Source: Candidatus Obscuribacteraceae bacterium (lineage in GTDB: Bacteria > Cyanobacteriota > Vampirovibrionia > Obscuribacterales > Obscuribacteraceae). Taken from it: 64,000 nt of DNA. The DNA is taken from positions 96,001 through 160,000 of the forward strand of contig JBGASG010000004.1 of NCBI GenBank assembly GCA_044229845.1, in the 5' to 3' direction. Numbering within the stretch: the stretch's first letter is position 1; each line of letters begins with the position of its first letter. Below the pieces are notes generated by a model, which made no database searches, had not been told where the DNA came from, and saw only the letters and a list, made by a program, of their open reading frames with translations. Positions 27,028 through 39,753 of the stretch are shown here, one piece after another. Both the position numbers and the translations under genes were made by a program.

Positions 27028-29085
27028 TTATGGCTTCCGGCGCCGTCTTTCGATGTCTTGCCGGATCTGGTCGCCGTATTGCTGCCACAGTTTGGCTGCC
27101 TTTTGCGGCGACTCGAACTGGTAGTGCCACTCATCTCCACGGACAAATTTGCCTCTCCAGCCGACCGCACGCAGTGCCGCGTCGACATCGGGATCCTGGA
27201 AGTTTTTCACATCCATGGCGCTGCCGCGTTCGTGCATCGAGCGTCCTTCCGGAGCATGAATGCCTTGAGCGAGACGTTGCTGAGTATGGGTGCGACCGGC
27301 GGAGTTCTGCTGATCGGTGGTCCCTTCCGACGCCAGAATGACGCGCTTGCCTTTGGCTTCGAGTAGTTTGTTGGCGAGGGCCAGCGATTCAGCCGCTGGG
27401 CGGTCTAGCCAGAGCGGCTGGTCGGCGATCACCTGACGGCGGCCCCGTGCATCGGGTCCGGTAATAGTGCCTTTGTATCCAATATAGACAGGCTCGATTT
27501 TCTTGCCGCCGCCCGGACGGTTCCCGACGTCGTTGACAATTTTAGGATCGGTTACTGCATCAAGCATCAAGGGATCGCCGTCGGCTCTGGGCGGTAGAAC
27601 CGTGGGTGGTGGCACTTTGTCTTTCACCACAGGCGGCGTCACTTCCGGTGGGCGCACCACAGGCGGACGCACTACCGGTGGGCGAACCTCAGGAGGGCTC
27701 ACCACAGGCGCCCCGGTGGCGCGCTCGGCGTATTGCGAAACCGTGCTGTCGCCAACGTTCGCGCCCCACCACTTGCCGTGGAAGTCCGAGTCGCCGCGGC
27801 GGTCTTTCTGCTTGCTGATCGCTCCATTGCGGTCGACCCAACGCAATACCGGGTGCTGTCCACCAGCGGTATCGGCAGCGTGTACGTTCATAAGCTTGGT
27901 GACTTTGCCCATCGAGATGCGGTGGATATCGAACTCGCGCATGGTCTCGCCGTCTTTGAGGGCGACTCGCACCTTGCCGTCTTTGGTCTTCGGACCCTGT
28001 TCCCAGAGCTTGGCGAAGGCAGAGGCTTTGTCGTTGAACGAGGCTTTCGGATCTTCGATGGTCGAGATCAGTTTCTGATCGACTCCCTTTTGCCATTCCG
28101 GCACGGTGACGTCGCCGCTGCGCGGAGCCGGCAATACTTCCTGTCCGCGCGGTGGACGGACGACTGGCGGTTCGCCTTCGCGTTTCGGTGGCTTGTCTTT
28201 ACCGGGCGGAGCGATTGTGCCGTCGTTGTTGATCTTCGTATTGAGAACTTCCATGGAGAATCCGTGTTTGACGTGCGGACTGTTCCACGCTTCTATTTCA
28301 GGTCGGCTCTTGCTGCCGGGGTCGACAGCCAGGTCCACGCGTCCCGCGCCCTTAATGCTGCCACCGGTGTCGACTACGCGGAAGTGAACTCCGGTCAGGT
28401 CGAATCCATATTTCTGTTTGTAGGCGTCGCCCCATTTGGCAATCCAGGCATCTTTGGACATGCCGGTCATCTGCTGGAAGAAAGCGTCGTTCTGCATTTC
28501 AGCAATGCGGAACATGGTGCCGTATTTGCCGTTGGCGTGCCGAGGATCGCCTGCGGCGGCGGCATATCCGGCTTTAACCGGATCGGCGAGAAACTTTTGC
28601 AGGGTGTGATCGGGAAGATAGACTGGTGGTGTACGGTCGGGAGGGGTCGAACCGTAGGCTCCGCCCTGACCGCGGACCGGTTCATAAACGGTTTGCCAGG
28701 ATTGCAACTTGGACACCACCTGCGGTGCCTTATCGGCGGTGGACGGCACTGCGTCGGCAGCCAGATTCACCTGTCGGTCGTTGCCACTGGTACGACGCAC
28801 CGGGCTGTTATAAGTAATGTCCAGAGTCGGAACCGGCATGTTCCAATTAGCCATAGCATTGGAGAACCAGAGGCTGCCGTTGTTCTCTGTCGAACCGAAC
28901 GAGAATCCACGGTTAGTAATGTCGGTGCGTCCTGATAGTTCCAGGGTGCGCGCGGCGGCAAAAACATCAGGTCCGGCTGCCGTGATAGCCAGGTCGTTAT
29001 CGCCTGCGGTGCGAAGCGGGGGGACATCCAGAACGGTAGACGTGTCCGGATCGTGATCCGGCGTTCTATGGGGTGCGCCTGTCAT
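27028..29085 (-). CDS. 3D-domain plus M15 peptidase multidomain peptidoglycan hydrolase
   Basis: AGDP..G and VVDTGGSIKGAGRVDL (3D); SAGRT..QQ, SMHERGSAMD, DEWH (M15); VVRPP linkers. Confidence 0.75.
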   Translation of the reverse strand: MTGAPHRTPDHDPDTSTVLDVPPLRTAGDNDLAITAAGPDVFAAARTLELSGRTDITNRGFSFGSTENNGSLWFSNAMANWNMPVPTLDITYNSPVRRTSGNDRQVNLAADAVPSTADKAPQVVSKLQSWQTVYEPVRGQGGAYGSTPPDRTPPVYLPDHTLQKFLADPVKAGYAAAAGDPRHANGKYGTMFRIAEMQNDAFFQQMTGMSKDAWIAKWGDAYKQKYGFDLTGVHFRVVDTGGSIKGAGRVDLAVDPGSKSRPEIEAWNSPHVKHGFSMEVLNTKINNDGTIAPPGKDKPPKREGEPPVVRPPRGQEVLPAPRSGDVTVPEWQKGVDQKLISTIEDPKASFNDKASAFAKLWEQGPKTKDGKVRVALKDGETMREFDIHRISMGKVTKLMNVHAADTAGGQHPVLRWVDRNGAISKQKDRRGDSDFHGKWWGANVGDSTVSQYAERATGAPVVSPPEVRPPVVRPPVVRPPEVTPPVVKDKVPPPTVLPPRADGDPLMLDAVTDPKIVNDVGNRPGGGKKIEPVYIGYKGTITGPDARGRRQVIADQPLWLDRPAAESLALANKLLEAKGKRVILASEGTTDQQNSAGRTHTQQRLAQGIHAPEGRSMHERGSAMDVKNFQDPDVDAALRAVGWRGKFVRGDEWHYQFESPQKAAKLWQQYGDQIRQDIERRRRKP

Positions 29086-29153
29086 AGGTTGGTATTCCTA
29101 CCGGGAGCTCAGGGGGTGGCTCGCGGCTTTTATATCAAGGGGAGGATTTTTGC

Positions 29154-29187
29154 AGGGTAGAACTAGAATGTGGCAGATTTGTGAAAC
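29154..29187 (-). promoter_or_regulatory. pho-box-like direct repeat plus -10 TACCCT
   Basis: GTTTCACAAATCTGCCAC-N10-TACCCT-GCAAAA; 17/18 identical to the box at 23489-23506. Confidence 0.65.
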
Positions 29188-29264
29188 GCGCATGGGAGAA
29201 TTCCCATTGCCCTGTTCAATCCTATGCTAAAGTGCGAGGACCTTAGACAGAAAGGACTCTGAGC

Positions 29265-29711
29265 ATGAGCATCTCGAACTTCAAAACGGCAGCAATCAGC
29301 TTCGTCTTCGGCTTTGCCGGTGCCTGCACCGCCATAGCCGTTGCCGCCGGTCCAAAAGCCTCGGAGGAAGTAGTAACCAAGAAATTCACCCTGGTCAACT
29401 CCGCCGGCAAGCCCGTAATCATGATGATGACTGATGGAGAGAAGGGACACCCCCGCTTACTGGTGAAAGCAGCAGATGAAAAATCGGGCGTCTCGCTGCG
29501 TGTCGATGAAGAAACAGGTAGGGGTCAGGTGGCGGGATTGAGCGCCGAATACGGCACTAAGACCGGGGCGGTAGTGGGCGTTAGCGAGGGCGAGTCACGT
29601 GTGCGCGTCTTCTGCGGCGACCAGTCCAAATTTGCCGCGGTCAACGCAACAAAAGCACGTCAGGAATTCGTAGTGATGGACGGCAAAGACGTGCATTGGC
29701 GCTCCAAATAA
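29265..29711 (+). CDS. Exported hypothetical protein
   Basis: AAGGA RBS, signal/TM segment, beta-rich body. Confidence 0.7.
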   Translation: MSISNFKTAAISFVFGFAGACTAIAVAAGPKASEEVVTKKFTLVNSAGKPVIMMMTDGEKGHPRLLVKAADEKSGVSLRVDEETGRGQVAGLSAEYGTKTGAVVGVSEGESRVRVFCGDQSKFAAVNATKARQEFVVMDGKDVHWRSK

Positions 29712-29738
29712 GACCGCGCCTTCTGCTAATATTTGCCA

Positions 29739-30893
29739 ATGAACCTGAAATCCGAGTCAATCAAATTTGGCGAATTGCTTGTCAAGCTAGGATTGGCAAC
29801 GGAACAGGATTTGCGCCAGGCGTTGCAAGCGGCGCCGCAATTCGGGTTGCCGGTGGGCAGAACTCTCGTGTTGTCAGGTCGCCTGACTGAACAAGAGTTG
29901 CAGCTGGCCGTTGAACTGCAAGCTTTGATCAACCGCGAAGGCTACTCGATAGAGGCGGCTCAGCGAGCGGCACAACTGGTGCGCACGCAAGGACAGTCGC
30001 CGCAGGATGCGCTCAAACAGATAGGCGTGTCCGAAACTCCTGATCGCACCACACTGGGCAATCTCTTAATCGAAGCCGGCGCAATCACTAGCGAGAATCT
30101 GCAGGATGCGCAGAAAGGCAGCTATGAATCGGGCATGCGGCTCGGTCGGCTGCTCGTGCTCAAGGGTTTCATCACCCATCAACTTCTGACGCGCGCCCTG
30201 GACTTTCAACAGATGGTGCGCGACCAACGCATCTCGCTCGATCAGGCAGTGCAGATGTTGAAAGCGCAAGTGCCTAACGAAGTTTCTCGCGCAGTGGCTC
30301 TGGAAGCGCATGGGATGAAACCAGCCCCGGCGTCTAAGAACGTGCGCTTCGGTGAGTTTCTTGTATTAAGCGGACTGGCCACTGAACGCGAAATCTTGAA
30401 CGCGATGGAAACCAGCATGACCCAGCAATGCAGCCTCAGCGAAGCATTGATCAAGTTAGGTCTGGTATCGCAAACTGTTTTCGATTGCGCGGCGCAGTTG
30501 CATCAAAAGGTCTGCCACGGCGAAATCACGGTCGAACATGCGACATCGGAAATTCACGATATGGTTTTTGGACCGTCGATGAAGAAACCAGAAAAGCAGC
30601 CTGTTCTGGGCGAGCTGCTCAAAATGACAGGACTGGTGACTGACACCGACATCACAGAAGCGATTGAATTGAGCAACAAATATCCGTCTTTGATCGGCAA
30701 GATGCTCGTAATCTCGGGTGCGATCGATGAAGCAATGTTGATTGCGTCACTGCGGTGCCAGTATCTGATCAAGCATGGCTATCTGGGTGTCGAAGATGCC
30801 GTCAAGGCCCTGCAGTACACCAAGAAAACTCGCGTCAGCTTTGACGATGCCATGGACGAACTGGGCATGCGCACTACTACTACGCACGTATAG
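29739..30893 (+). CDS. Tandem MshEN-like (GspE N-terminal) repeat protein
   Basis: Eight xLGxxLxxxGxxxxxxLxxAL motifs, e.g. RLGRLLVLKGFITHQLLTRALDFQ. Confidence 0.75.
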   Translation: MNLKSESIKFGELLVKLGLATEQDLRQALQAAPQFGLPVGRTLVLSGRLTEQELQLAVELQALINREGYSIEAAQRAAQLVRTQGQSPQDALKQIGVSETPDRTTLGNLLIEAGAITSENLQDAQKGSYESGMRLGRLLVLKGFITHQLLTRALDFQQMVRDQRISLDQAVQMLKAQVPNEVSRAVALEAHGMKPAPASKNVRFGEFLVLSGLATEREILNAMETSMTQQCSLSEALIKLGLVSQTVFDCAAQLHQKVCHGEITVEHATSEIHDMVFGPSMKKPEKQPVLGELLKMTGLVTDTDITEAIELSNKYPSLIGKMLVISGAIDEAMLIASLRCQYLIKHGYLGVEDAVKALQYTKKTRVSFDDAMDELGMRTTTTHV

Positions 30894-30951
30894 ATTTTTC
30901 GCTGGACAGATCAAGGTATCCGGCGAGCGGGTATGAAACAACGGAGAAACT

Positions 30952-31671
30952 GTGAGGTATGCCATGCCGGTATCAATGAGAAGTCGACACAAGCAGCTCT
31001 GCACAAGCGGGTTCCTCGCCGCAATGATGTCTCTTGGCGCTGGAGGCACGACACCGGCGTCTGCGGATGCCGCCTTCGATGCCGCGGTCAAATCGTACAA
31101 CAGCCGCAACTTCCGTGAGGCAGTCGCTCAGTTCACGGCTTTGAAAAACGCCAATCCGAAAAATGCCACCATCCACTACTATCTGGCGCTGTCGTACCAG
31201 GGCGTCGGCAACCGCAGCGGAGCCAAGACTGAGTATGAATGGATTGTTGCCAACGACCGCACCCAACTGAAAGCTATGGCCGAGAAAGGGCTGCAAATCG
31301 TGGGTGGATCCGGCGGCTCTGTTTCCTCATCGAGTTCATCATCGTCGGATCCGAATGTTGCGGGCGCACCACCAGCGGCCGCTCCATCTGGTCCGAAAGT
31401 TAAGACCATTATCGACTTTTACACGACCTGGTGCGGTCCGTGCAAGAAGTTCGAGCCCATTTTCGATGAGGTAAAACGCAAGTACCCCGATATCACGTTC
31501 AAGCGCCTGGATGCCGAAGATTCCGCCAATGCCGATCTGGTGGAAAGGTACGGGGTGAAAGCCTATCCAACCATCGTAAAACTGGATGGCAGTGGCAAGG
31601 TGCTGGCAAATTCCGCCGGTGCGCCTCGGACCGCTGAGGACTTCGAAGCGGAAATCAAGCAATTTCATTGA
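30952..31671 (+). CDS. Exported TPR-thioredoxin protein
   Basis: Signal-like N-terminus, TPR, DFYTTWCGPC, YGVKAYPT. Confidence 0.88.
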   Translation: MRYAMPVSMRSRHKQLCTSGFLAAMMSLGAGGTTPASADAAFDAAVKSYNSRNFREAVAQFTALKNANPKNATIHYYLALSYQGVGNRSGAKTEYEWIVANDRTQLKAMAEKGLQIVGGSGGSVSSSSSSSSDPNVAGAPPAAAPSGPKVKTIIDFYTTWCGPCKKFEPIFDEVKRKYPDITFKRLDAEDSANADLVERYGVKAYPTIVKLDGSGKVLANSAGAPRTAEDFEAEIKQFH

Positions 31672-31696
31672 TGCCCGAATGCCGGCTCCAGTGAGC

Positions 31697-31752
31697 CGTA
31701 CACAAAACATACACAAGAAATTCACAAGATATTCCGGATTTGTTCCGATGCT
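31697..31752 (+). promoter_or_regulatory. 11-bp-period direct repeats with a possible -10
   Basis: CACAA at 31701, 31712 and 31723; GATGCT at 31747 in the same register as 23517; an extra CACGAA pair at 31794/31804. Confidence 0.45.
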
Positions 31753-31882
31753 CTCCTCTAGAGTAGGTGCGCTTGGACTTCATCCCGCCGTGTCACGAAA
31801 ATCCACGAATTGGGTATAAAGCTCAAGGACCCGCAACTTTTACCATCCGTCATTTCGAGCCCGCCGAAGAGAGGATTTTGTC

Positions 31883-32257
31883 ATGGTCGCCAAACCTGCA
31901 CATGTAGAAAGCGCCGACGACGCCGCCGTTGCCCGTCCGGTCGAGACCGCAGTTATTCAACAACAGACTGCTACAGCATTAACAACGCCGGAATCCACTG
32001 TCGCCTACCAGCAGATGCAGGGCACAACGAACACCGAAGGCTGGCTCAATAACAATCTGTCCCTGGTCGACGACAAGGCAAGCAAGGGCAAGCCTACCGA
32101 CTCAACAACTCAAACTCTGTCGACCGACCCGAGCGAGACGCCGGAACCGCCGCCGCCCGAGTATGCGGTCAAGCAAAATGAAGGCCGCGTGTTCCTGGCT
32201 TCGGATGATACCTATCCATCCGAAACACCCGAACCACCGCCGCCCGAGAACGCTTAG
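31883..32257 (+). CDS. Small acidic protein with duplicated PSETPEPPPPE motif
   Basis: GAGGA RBS; 11-aa motif present twice. Confidence 0.7.
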   Translation: MVAKPAHVESADDAAVARPVETAVIQQQTATALTTPESTVAYQQMQGTTNTEGWLNNNLSLVDDKASKGKPTDSTTQTLSTDPSETPEPPPPEYAVKQNEGRVFLASDDTYPSETPEPPPPENA

Positions 32258-32266
32258 GCTGGAGGA

Positions 32267-34816
32267 TCAGTCGAGCAACCGGTCTAGACCGTGAATAAGT
32301 GATGGTGCAACCAGGCTGACGGTTGCAGCCACCAGTCCGACGCGCCCTTTGGCTCCCAGTTTTAACGCCGACCAGGCCGACAATCGATAGGCACCATATC
32401 CGGTACCAGCGAGGATGGTGGCGTCCGCCGCCACGCGGAAGCCCGTGCTGGGAGACATATTATTGGCCAGGTTATAGACGTGCGAACCGACGTCCATGTA
32501 GCCGCGTGTGATCGGATTGACTCCCAACATCGCGTCCTTGACTTCGCCCTCGTTCTTAACCGTCGGGATGCCGGAGTTGTTCAGTTGCAACTCGATTGGC
32601 ACTTGCGACTTGGCGAACAGCGCCGTTCGCATCCAGCCTGGCAGCGGATTGTCGGTACGCATCCGGTAATATGGAACGCCGGACCCATCAAGCTTTTGCG
32701 CTATGTCTTTCACAGAAACCGACAGATCGCGACCAGCAGCATTCAACTGAAAGTTGATGCCGCGAATATTCTGTAGCGCCGGTCGTCCTTGCTGCTGAAT
32801 CAGGTCAAATGCAGGATCATCGAAAGTGATTGATTTGAGAGTCGCCGCTCCGGCACTGCGATCGATCGAGATCTGTTGCGGTGCGCTGAGGTCAAACTCG
32901 ATGTGCGGCCCGGTCATCGAAATTTTGTCTGTGGCTCGGGCGAAATTGCTGATGGCATCGTCGAGGCGCACGCCAGTGCGTTTCTCGAAATTATTGAGAG
33001 TATTGGCAGGCGAGAAATTGCCATTTCCAAGCGACTGCACTTCGTTGAGCATGTCGCCCGTGTCCATCTCCAATCCGTGAATGCCGCGCGTGCGGACATG
33101 CTGCTGCAAACGCTCGACTACATCCAGGGGCTCTTCCGGTTTAGGCTGCTGCGTGTGCGAGACCGGTCCGGTGGCTTTCGGGTGGGCTTTGAGAAACTGC
33201 CAGATGGTGTTGACGGTGCCGTCGATATCGTCGGGAACGTGATGGCCGCCGGCGATAGTGTATTCGTTGACCTCGACGCCGTTCTTCGGATTGACGTATC
33301 GGCGCTCTGTGACGTTGCCGTGGCGCTCGACCACGGGCGCCGCCGAGATTTCATTTTGCTCGACCCAGTATCTGGTCGCATAGTCTTGGGGCTTGAAGTT
33401 AGGCAATCCGACTGCGTTCAGCGAAGCCGGGACATTTTTCAGTCCATCATAAGGAATGATTTCATCTTCGGTTCCATGCATGTTCAAGATGGAAATCGGG
33501 GCTTTGAGCGGAGGCTCCTTGCCGCTCATGGCGCCGCTAATAATGGCTACGGCAGCGACTTTATCCGATAGCTCGCCGGCGGCGCGGTAAGCCATCATGC
33601 CACCATTGGACAGTCCACCCATAAAGATGCGCTGGGGGTCTACTTTATAGTTCTGCTCCGCGGTATTAATGATATGGCGAAGAAACCCGACGTCATCAGC
33701 ATGTTCGCCAGGGGCCGTCAGACCGTTCTCGGTGTCCCAGGCGCGCCATTCTTCGCGGCCGGCCCAGGTGCGCGCATCAGGATAAACCGCGATGAAACCT
33801 TCGCGATCGGCTACCTTACTCATTTTCGTCAGGCGAGCGATCTCGGCGCCATCCTGCGAGTGTCCGTGCAACAGGAGCACCAGTGGCATCGGCTTGGCAG
33901 GGTCGTAACTGGGTGGCACGTGAATCTTGTAGTGCCGCTCCACGCCGGATATCGTGGTGGAGAAGTCGTAGTCGCCCGGCTTGGTGACATCGACTGGAGT
34001 GCCGGTGGAATTTTTCGGCACCAGATTGGCGTCGCCGGGGGTTGCCGGGTTGGGTTTGCCAGGGTTGGTAGCGCCGGTCCCGGTTCCGCCTTCCACATGG
34101 ACAGAGGTCGCGGGAGCGGGGTTATCCGGTTCAGTCTGGGAAAGCAACTGCTTGTAGATCTGACGCAGTGCCGGGTCGACAACCTGTCCGACCCATTTCG
34201 GATTTGATTCGGCGAAGAGAGCCACCTTAGAGGCTTCATTCAAGGCATCAGAAGTAAGCAATCCGGCAATTGAAGGTCCTGTCGTCTTGGCCGCGTCGCT
34301 GAACACCTGGCTGATACGCGCCGTGCCGAAGCTGCCGTTGGCGAGGACTGGAATCTCCACGTTGACGACATTCGGCATGCCGAGAATGCGCTGGGCCGCG
34401 GTGGGCAGCGGGCTGGCGAATTCGGCGTTGAGGACCTTGTTGCCCGCCTGGTCCTTACCCAAGTGAGCGTTTTTGAGCGCGGCCGCGTAGTCGGAGCCAA
34501 AGAACGATATGTTGAGCGAGACGCCGTCGATATTCGACAGCGAGTGCGTGTTGCGGTCATAGTCGAAACTGACGCTGCCGCCGAAATTCAGCGTTTTGAC
34601 CTCAATATTGCTGTTCAGGAAATCGCCGCCCACCAGCACCGACGTCGGTGCATCCCGTTGAATGGTGATGCGCGGTCCGGACTGGTCCACAGAACGAATC
34701 CCGGTCAATACGGGCGCCAGTTCATTAAGCGCCGACTGCGAGAACGTCGTTTGGGCGTCCTGGACTACAGGCACCAGCTTCGGGCTAATTTCGATGGGCT
34801 GATCTGCGGCGGGCAT
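32267..34816 (-). CDS. PHB depolymerase/LpqC-family esterase flanked by two copies of an unknown domain
   Basis: PLVLLLHG, GFIAVYPD, DDVGFL, GLSNGG, HGTED, GGHH. Confidence 0.8.
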   Translation of the reverse strand: MPAADQPIEISPKLVPVVQDAQTTFSQSALNELAPVLTGIRSVDQSGPRITIQRDAPTSVLVGGDFLNSNIEVKTLNFGGSVSFDYDRNTHSLSNIDGVSLNISFFGSDYAAALKNAHLGKDQAGNKVLNAEFASPLPTAAQRILGMPNVVNVEIPVLANGSFGTARISQVFSDAAKTTGPSIAGLLTSDALNEASKVALFAESNPKWVGQVVDPALRQIYKQLLSQTEPDNPAPATSVHVEGGTGTGATNPGKPNPATPGDANLVPKNSTGTPVDVTKPGDYDFSTTISGVERHYKIHVPPSYDPAKPMPLVLLLHGHSQDGAEIARLTKMSKVADREGFIAVYPDARTWAGREEWRAWDTENGLTAPGEHADDVGFLRHIINTAEQNYKVDPQRIFMGGLSNGGMMAYRAAGELSDKVAAVAIISGAMSGKEPPLKAPISILNMHGTEDEIIPYDGLKNVPASLNAVGLPNFKPQDYATRYWVEQNEISAAPVVERHGNVTERRYVNPKNGVEVNEYTIAGGHHVPDDIDGTVNTIWQFLKAHPKATGPVSHTQQPKPEEPLDVVERLQQHVRTRGIHGLEMDTGDMLNEVQSLGNGNFSPANTLNNFEKRTGVRLDDAISNFARATDKISMTGPHIEFDLSAPQQISIDRSAGAATLKSITFDDPAFDLIQQQGRPALQNIRGINFQLNAAGRDLSVSVKDIAQKLDGSGVPYYRMRTDNPLPGWMRTALFAKSQVPIELQLNNSGIPTVKNEGEVKDAMLGVNPITRGYMDVGSHVYNLANNMSPSTGFRVAADATILAGTGYGAYRLSAWSALKLGAKGRVGLVAATVSLVAPSLIHGLDRLLD

Positions 34817-35010
34817 CAGACATCTTCCACAAGAGACCTCTATTCTTATGGAAAATGTCGCCCAAGTCATTGTTGAAACTACGTAGTCAGCCTCATGTCA
34901 CAATTCGCGGATTGCGTCGGTGGCGACCCGCGTAAACTTTTCGTGTAAAACCGGAATTCCCGAGCGGCACCATATTTGGTGGCAAGGCGAGCACCGCCAG
35001 AGATCCGTGT

Positions 35011-35604
35011 CTAAAAGGATTGATTGCCTACGGCAGCGGTGTCCAACCGAGAGATCCAGTTAGCCTTTTCCGGATGGTCTTGCGGCGCCGGCATGTACCA
35101 GATGCGCACAGGCAGCCCCTCTTTAATCGGTCCGCCATGGGATGTCGCGTTGCGAAATCCAGGATTGGTCATGTCGAAGTCACTGTATGCAAATGGAATT
35201 CCGTTGACTCTAAAGCTCTCATTTTTATGTCCGGAAGCGGGCATGGGATCGAATTGGGAAACCACACCCTCTACCTTCTGGTGCGGTCCATGCTTCAAGT
35301 ATTCGAGTGCCTGGCAGTGGTGCATGAAGCTAGCACCCATGACACTTGTGACAATCAGGCAGATGGTGCCACAGAAGATGCCGGCGATGATTCGATTGAA
35401 TCTTGCGGCGGATTTTTCATTTTCGCGAACGGTTTTATTGTCGGCTACAGAGATGCGAACATCGGATGATCGGCGATGGACGCTTGGTCCTGCAATTACG
35501 ATTATGAGCGAGATGGCGATGAAGAATACCGGCAAGAAAAGCGCTTGTATCCATCCATCCCACGGATTCACCCGGGCCACATCAAACACAGTCTGGTAGT
35601 TCAT
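35011..35604 (-). CDS. Membrane hypothetical protein
   Basis: Two TM helices plus a beta-rich C-terminus; ATG 35604 is downstream of the rrn terminator. Confidence 0.7.
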   Translation of the reverse strand: MNYQTVFDVARVNPWDGWIQALFLPVFFIAISLIIVIAGPSVHRRSSDVRISVADNKTVRENEKSAARFNRIIAGIFCGTICLIVTSVMGASFMHHCQALEYLKHGPHQKVEGVVSQFDPMPASGHKNESFRVNGIPFAYSDFDMTNPGFRNATSHGGPIKEGLPVRIWYMPAPQDHPEKANWISRLDTAAVGNQSF

Positions 35605-35659
35605 CGCACAATGGTACACCGGCGCCACCAGAAGTGGTGCACAGCAAAGCTGTGCACAG

Positions 35660-35693
35660 AAAAAACCCCTCGACTTATTCAATCGAGGGGTTT
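35660..35693 (-). terminator. rRNA operon terminator
   Basis: AAACCCCTCGA-N9-TCGAGGGGTTT with a T-run on the minus strand, immediately after 5S. Confidence 0.85.
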
Positions 35694-35698
35694 ATAAA

Positions 35699-35815
35699 TC
35701 CTGGCACCGGGCTATCTTTCCGGGCGGTCTCCCGCCAAGTATTGTCGCTGCTGACCGTCTTTACCGTCGTGTTCGGGATGGGAACGGGTGTGTTCCGGTC
35801 GCATCGGCACCAAGA
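35699..35815 (-). rRNA. rrf: 5S rRNA
   Basis: Minus strand TCTTGGTGCC..CCCGTTCCCATCCCGAACACG..GGTGCCAGGA; about 117 nt. Confidence 0.97.
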
Positions 35816-35961
35816 AGCTTTAGGTCTGGCTCTTCTTGGGGATCTTTTCAGATCACTGCGGGCACTGGAGCCCTATTTAAGAGCCGTAACCTGAGACTGC
35901 ACACCTGAGAAGGTTTGGCTATGTATTTCGATTCGAGGATCTAGCATCCAGTGATAGATCA

Positions 35962-38920
<2,959 letters not shown>

Positions 38921-39344
38921 GATAGACTTGTCACTCAGCCGCAATGCTCACGCCGACTTTCGCCGACGAGGGCACCGCATTTGGTGCAAGCCTGATCTAT
39001 TTCGATACTAGACTTTCGTTTCTATTGTTTCTCAGATATGCAGTTTTCAGGGTACGGACCAGAATTGATACGGCTTCTGGAGCGCCGTCACGTATTGACC
39101 CGTGCGAATTGCTTATAGTACCAGATATCTTTCTTGCCGTGCAATCCGTTCAATGAAATTCACTGAAGAATTGCTCTGCGAGCGAACCCTGGTGTTTCGA
39201 GGGTCATACACCGAACATTCGCGCTCACCAAGCAGTTAGCTCGTGACCGCGGATTTATAAGAGTATCACACCGACTTGGAGCTATCCGCTCTTTGTTTTC
39301 CGATGTGAAGGGAGCGTTGGAAACGCTCACCCTACCTCAATCTC

Positions 39345-39417
39345 TGGAGGCTAGCGGAGTCGAACCGCTGACCTTCTCCGTGCAAAGGAGACGCTCTACC
39401 AACTGAGCCAAGCCCCC
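39345..39417 (-). tRNA. tRNA-Ala(TGC)
   Basis: Cloverleaf, anticodon loop TTTGCAC, G3:U70, no encoded CCA. Confidence 0.97.
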
Positions 39418-39545
39418 ACAGTACTGGTTTCTTCCTTATAGAGGATCTGGTTGGGTGCACATCGAGCCGTTAACAATGTCTTCAAGCTTTGAAAACGGTT
39501 GTGTTACAGCGGGCAGCCGCCAAACATATTTATAGGGAGGAAAAC

Positions 39546-39619
<74 letters not shown>

Positions 39620-39630
39620 TCAGCGTATTC

Positions 39631-39659
39631 ATTCTATCTATAGCCGCCTTTTTAGTCAA
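39631..39659 (-). promoter_or_regulatory. sigma70 promoter for the tRNA-Ile/tRNA-Ala/23S/5S unit
   Basis: TTGACT-17bp-TAGAAT, 11 bp upstream of tRNA-Ile. Confidence 0.8.
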
Positions 39660-39753
39660 AAGCAGACCTGAAATTTGCGGGTTTTGTGAACCCCCAACGC
39701 TTGTCTTCTCTCCAGCCCCGGCACCGGTATCGCGGGCAGTGACCGTTTATCTA

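Noticed and set aside
31883..32257. Microviridin-type precursor (TYPSE resembles KYPSD)
   Set aside because: It lacks the Lys and the PFFARFL leader, and no ATP-grasp ligase is in the window.
34915..34950. Fifth direct-repeat promoter upstream of the esterase gene
   Set aside because: CACGAAAAGTTTACG is present on the minus strand, but there is no -10 in register.
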